Shown here piece by piece: positions 59,350 to 64,000 of a stretch of DNA of 64,000 nucleotides (position 1 is the stretch's first letter; each line of letters starts with the position of its first letter). Position numbers and translations under genes: made by a program. The notes beneath the pieces are model-generated. The model saw only the letters and a list, made by a program, of their open reading frames with translations, was not told the DNA's origin and did not search any database. Source of the DNA: Macrostomum lignano (taxonomy: Eukaryota); assembly GCA_002269645.1 (NCBI GenBank), contig NIVC01001894.1, positions 62,001 through 126,000 of the forward strand, in the 5' to 3' direction.

Positions 59350-60896
59350 AGAATTTTTTAATTTCTGTGCTGGTTAGCTATTTGACTAAGTCTGTTCTCT
59401 GTCTGTCATAACAGCCACTGTGTCAAACATAAACATGTCAAAACAGATAATTAAATATAATAAATCACAAAAACAATTAAATGTATATAAATTGTGCAAT
59501 GGGCTATCTTGTTGGTAAGCCTTCTGCAAGAACATCCTACAAGACATGTGTGCAAAGAAATATTGTGCTAAAATATTCAGAGTTGTTTTATTGGTCAATG
59601 TACTAAACTAATTTAACAAAATTCACTCTTTATTTTGGCCTTTATTCACAAGAATTCTATTTATTTATTGGCCAAAAATATACATTTACTATATTATATG
59701 TAAAAAACCACCAAAATTTACCTTTTTGTTTCTCATGGAATTTTTGTGTTAATAGTTTATTGTGATTCAGACACTATTAATAAGTAATAACTTTGGAAGT
59801 CATTTTTACTGGTATTGGCAGGAATGGACTGCAATAGCTTAATTATCAAATAAAAAACTTTAAATTTTGGTGTATATATTTTTCATGGAAAATATAATCT
59901 ATAAGCAGACTAATCAATGAGATAAGGGCAGAGACAATGGACGAATTCAACATTTTGGTGGTACTGTTTAACAATGTATTAGTAAAGAAGCATAGTTGAT
60001 ATGAGTATATATTTAAAAAAAGTCTAATTGAGCTGTTGAATGGATAGATTCCATAAAATACACCAATTAATATTTTTTGCTGCTGCACATGTTTGAAATT
60101 ATAAAACCAATAAAAGATAACAGTCAACAGTGGGAAATAATCGAGGCCCTTTTAAGTCCTTTATTGCTGATATCAGTTTTCATACAAGTTGCAGTCACCA
60201 CTGAATTTAGCTACTAGGTTCATGCATTATTAACTTGACTTAAAATAGAGATTTATGTAAAGTGAAAGAAACTTTGAAGAGTTTTATGTATATGTATTAA
60301 ATCAAGATTCAAGAATCAACATCTACCTGGTATTTGTTGTCGCCATTATAATTTTTCATAAAATCTGTTTCAAGGACTACTGGAATACAAAATATTGTTC
60401 ATTTTAGTCCATGTCATGCAGTTTATTCTGTATGTATGGTTATGGTAGGGCATTAATATATTAAACAACAATTTTTGGCGCAAATTAAATTCAATGCAAG
60501 TTGTCATTAACCAATGTGTATGTAAAAAATGGACTAATCTCTAGGTAACTGTTTAAAAAATGACTTAACTGACCATTTTTTTCTTTTCACAGATAAACCT
60601 TTATTTCTATGTGGCAAGTCTACTTATCTTTGTTTAAATACTTAACACTGCATTCTTACAGATGTTACATTGCGTTGTACAAATGTGCATGAAATGTGTA
60701 ATTTTTATGCTATATAATTATAATAAAAAATCTCAAAGAGATTATAGCAACCAAATAACCTTTTGTGAGTACAGAAGATTTGTATATTACATTTTCCTCA
60801 ACATATTTAATATGTAACAATAGGAAAATTTAGGATAACTGTTTCAATTTGTCCCTTGCTTATTCAGTGCCCCGAAGGGGGGGCATAGATTGCTAG

Positions 60897-62900
60897 TCTC
60901 TATCTAAATATAAAGTCTCAACTCTGTAACTCAATCAGGAATGAAACTGTTAGACAGTTTCTAATCTCTCTTTTCTCCTCTTTCATCTCTACTCTTTTAT
61001 CTTTTCTTTCTTCTCCTTTCTCTATCTTCTATAATTTATTTTACATCCTCTCTCCTTTTCTCTTTTTCTCTTATCTCTCCTATCTTATCTTATCTCTTTT
61101 CAACTCTTATCTAGTTTGTAGCCATGAGCTGGATTCTTTATCTGGCCCTTGAGATAAAAGTCTGCCAGTGCCAACTGCTGCTTCAAAAGCCAGTTCTGGG
61201 ACATAGTACTCATGGGCCATTCCAAGGGCCATTTGCTAACTGCTTTGATCACATAATCTTTCTGGCCAATTTTGAATCCTAAGAAGAATTTTATATCTAA
61301 AGCTCAATTGTAGCCTATTACTTGAAAAAGCATTTGAATGCCAGATTTGAATGCCAGAAAGATGCAATGTGAGCATTTTTCACTTACAATTGATGAGTGG
61401 ACTGCAATTAACAATAGGCACTTCATAAATATCAATATTCACACAACTGATAAGCAAGTTTATCATCGTGGACTAATTTGCATCAAAGGTTCAATGACTG
61501 CAGAAATCTATATGCTACTTGTGCAAACTCGACTTTAGGAATTTGGAAGTAATACAGAGCACGACGTAATTACTGCCACAACTGATGGCGCTTTTTATAA
61601 TAGTCAAATTTGCTAAGTTGCTTAATGTTGAACATCAGATATGCCATGCTCATGGTATACATCTGGCTGTCTGCAATATCCTTTATGCAAGAAATGCTGC
61701 AGATACTAACAATGATGTTTTTTCTGCAAATGAAAATGTTGCTGCAGTTGCAGACTTCACCAATGATGATTTTGAGCAAGGTGCTAGTGAAGATAAAGAA
61801 ACTGACACTGATGAGAATGTTGACTTGGATATACAGGACAACAATGGTGATGATGTCCAATTTGATTATGCCATCGATCAAGTTTTTCAGCAAATAAGAA
61901 AGTGCATTTTCATGTTTTGACAAGCCCCTGTCCAAAATGACACCTGCAGATGTTTGTCTAGGTGGAACTTGGATGGCCACTGTGTCTGTTACTCATTGTA
62001 AAAACACACTGGAATTTGCTATTAATAATGGTTGATCAGTTCCTATTGCTACCAAAGCCTCTTCAGAGCACTATGTTGCATTTTGGCATCAAAGCATGAT
62101 TCAACCAAAGTGACATTAAATGATTGAGGTAACTGAGTGCCACACTGAAGCCATTGCAACTTGTCATTAAGGCACTTTCTCAATGAGACTGCACACTCAT
62201 TTAGGCAGATGCCTCTATCAATTATGCCATCTTAGAGCTATGACAGCAGGGAACTAGTCTGTCTATTCGTTTGCTAGAAACACTGCACAATTGTTTTTAC
62301 AGCATTGAAGTAGCACCACCCTGGCTGCACAGTTTCTTCATTGAAATGGCAGAGTCAGAAGTGCAGCTAAACTGAATGCAGCAAAGTACACACTTGTTTT
62401 GATGCTGAAAGACTTGATCTGCTTTAGGATGATGCTTAAGCACAACAGGTTAGAATGAACCTGATGTCAAAATTAGGTAAATTACTTGCTAAATAAGTAA
62501 AATTATATAGTTTGTATATTACTATTTTAGTATACTAAGTATAGCATATTAGTAAGTAGCATTTTTTAACCTTTTTGCATCTACTGACAGAGCCATCTCA
62601 ATGGAAGAGCAGTTTGAAGTTGCACTTCGAAATTGTGATGTGGGTTAAAAGCCAATAATTGTCCCAATACTGATGTCAAGTGCATGATTGGCTGCAAAAT
62701 AGATATTTTGCGTACCATTGGCCAGTGTAGCAGAGGGCTTGACAGGCTTTATACTGCATTGCACTCTATTCTACCTACTAGCCTTGAAGCCAAATCTGCT
62801 TTCTCTGCAAATGGCATGCTACTGACAAAGCTAAGCTCACACAAGGCAGAAACAATGCTTTCAAAATTGTGTTTGCTGCAGTTTAACTTTTAAAATAACT
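60897..62900 (+). mobile_element. Decayed hAT transposase
   Basis: Broken-frame motifs FSLTIDEWT, CHAHGIHLAV, THWNLLL (TRWNS-like) and ILPTSLEAKSAFSANG (dimerisation-domain-like); TIRs not found. Confidence 0.75.
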
Positions 62901-63499
62901 AACTAACTAACTAATTATTCAATGTCATGTTGCTAGTAGTTTGGGCAATTTGCTTCCAAGACTCTTTATTTACCCACCCCTCTCACAAATGATCCAACTT
63001 CTGCACTCTATCTTATGACATTATGCTTCTATGGCAACAAAGCTTTATGCTATCAAGTATTTTTGGAACATGACATAAATTGTAGCTGCAATGTGATAGC
63101 CCCTATATTATATAACAGTTACACAATCTTAAAATCCCAAAACCCAAAACATCTTCCCTTATGTACAAGGATCTTCCAATTAGCACTTAGCAAGGCTCCC
63201 TTCTACAGTGGTCAAGGGTCAAGGTTGGGTCAAAGGGTTTTGCCATAATCTATCATGCATGTGATCTATGGATTTGATACTATTTAAAATCTAGATTTCT
63301 GAGCCAAAATTCAACCATTGGCTACCTGGGTTTACTCACTTTGACATCCCAGCTGCTTGCCATTAAGAAGAAACCTAGAGCAAATCCCTGCCCCTGTCCC
63401 GACTCCTATTCATTCCCAAAATCTATCTTAAATTCTAAGAGCAGTCTCTGTTTCCCCCAAAGTTGCTCTTCTAATCCCTTTTAATTAATTCCAATTCAC

Positions 63500-64000
63500 T
63501 TCTACATCATCATTAGCATTGTCTTTAAGAAGAATCGAGCCAGAATCTGCTGTATATTTTTTGTAAGTGTTTTAAATGTTTTTAAAAAGTGGCAACACAT
63601 AAAAAATGAGAAAGGTGTAGTAAAACAATGTTGATGATAATAGATAAAAAGGCAATAAGTTTTTTATATATTGTAAAATTTCATTTAAAAACTTTAAACA
63701 ATTATTTCTGAATCTACTGCCTCCAATTGCTGGTACCTGTTTTTTATATAGAATTTTTCATAGAATTTAATTGTATTATTTTTACTTTTTGGTCCCCACT
63801 TTTATCCACATAGTTATCTAAACATTACCCACCAACGATATGTATGCATAACCATTTAGTAGCAAATGGACTTTCTTCTTCTTTTTTCTTCTGTTTTATT
63901 ATCCAAAATGGCATACAAACAAGAAGAAACAATGATCTCATTGCCAGATCTTACCACAACTCCAATAATAATACCAATGGTTTGGGTAAATGGCAAGGGG
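63500..64000 (-). mobile_element. Possible decayed Mutator-like transposase fragment
   Basis: Broken frame FTQTIGII...CLYAILDNKTEE resembles the MULE YALL..KT motif; weak. Confidence 0.3.

Noticed and set aside
59800-60560. Possible decayed integrase-type transposase inside the insert
   Set aside because: Only vague, heavily interrupted similarity; needs TBLASTN.
58218-61458. 562-bp repeats as LTRs of a retroelement
   Set aside because: No TG...CA ends, PBS, PPT or TSD seen, and the repeat contains hAT transposase coding (SLTIDEWT).

Overview
Eukaryotic, intron-rich animal DNA. GC-rich exons with poly-Ala/Gln and dense minisatellites suggest a Macrostomum-like free-living flatworm; this is inference and was not searched. 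Spliced gene models whose exon phases I checked by hand: Milton/TRAK (+, 5' end outside the window), bystin (+), an achaete-scute bHLH (+), a secreted lysozyme-like/vWA protein (+), STN1 (-), an ARHGAP18/28/40-type RhoGAP (-), PLEKHJ1-like (-), an unassigned ~1,117-aa protein (-) and a small Pro/Tyr-polyGln-CCHC gene (+). Mobile DNA: a young but internally rearranged Ty1/copia element, a tRNA-derived CORE-type SINE and decayed hAT remnants. The dominant unexplained pattern is that 18 of 20 introns longer than 300 nt each carry their own private minisatellite, and no two arrays share a unit. In one intron the repeat runs through the splice donor into coding sequence. Other highlights: a captured intron-containing gene fragment with a hairpin inside the copia gag-pol junction; a RhoGAP first exon with no start codon, which a spliced-leader AUG would supply in frame; and a 562-bp duplication flanking a Gag-knuckle gene. 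All homology calls come from recognising motifs by eye; no database searches were run.
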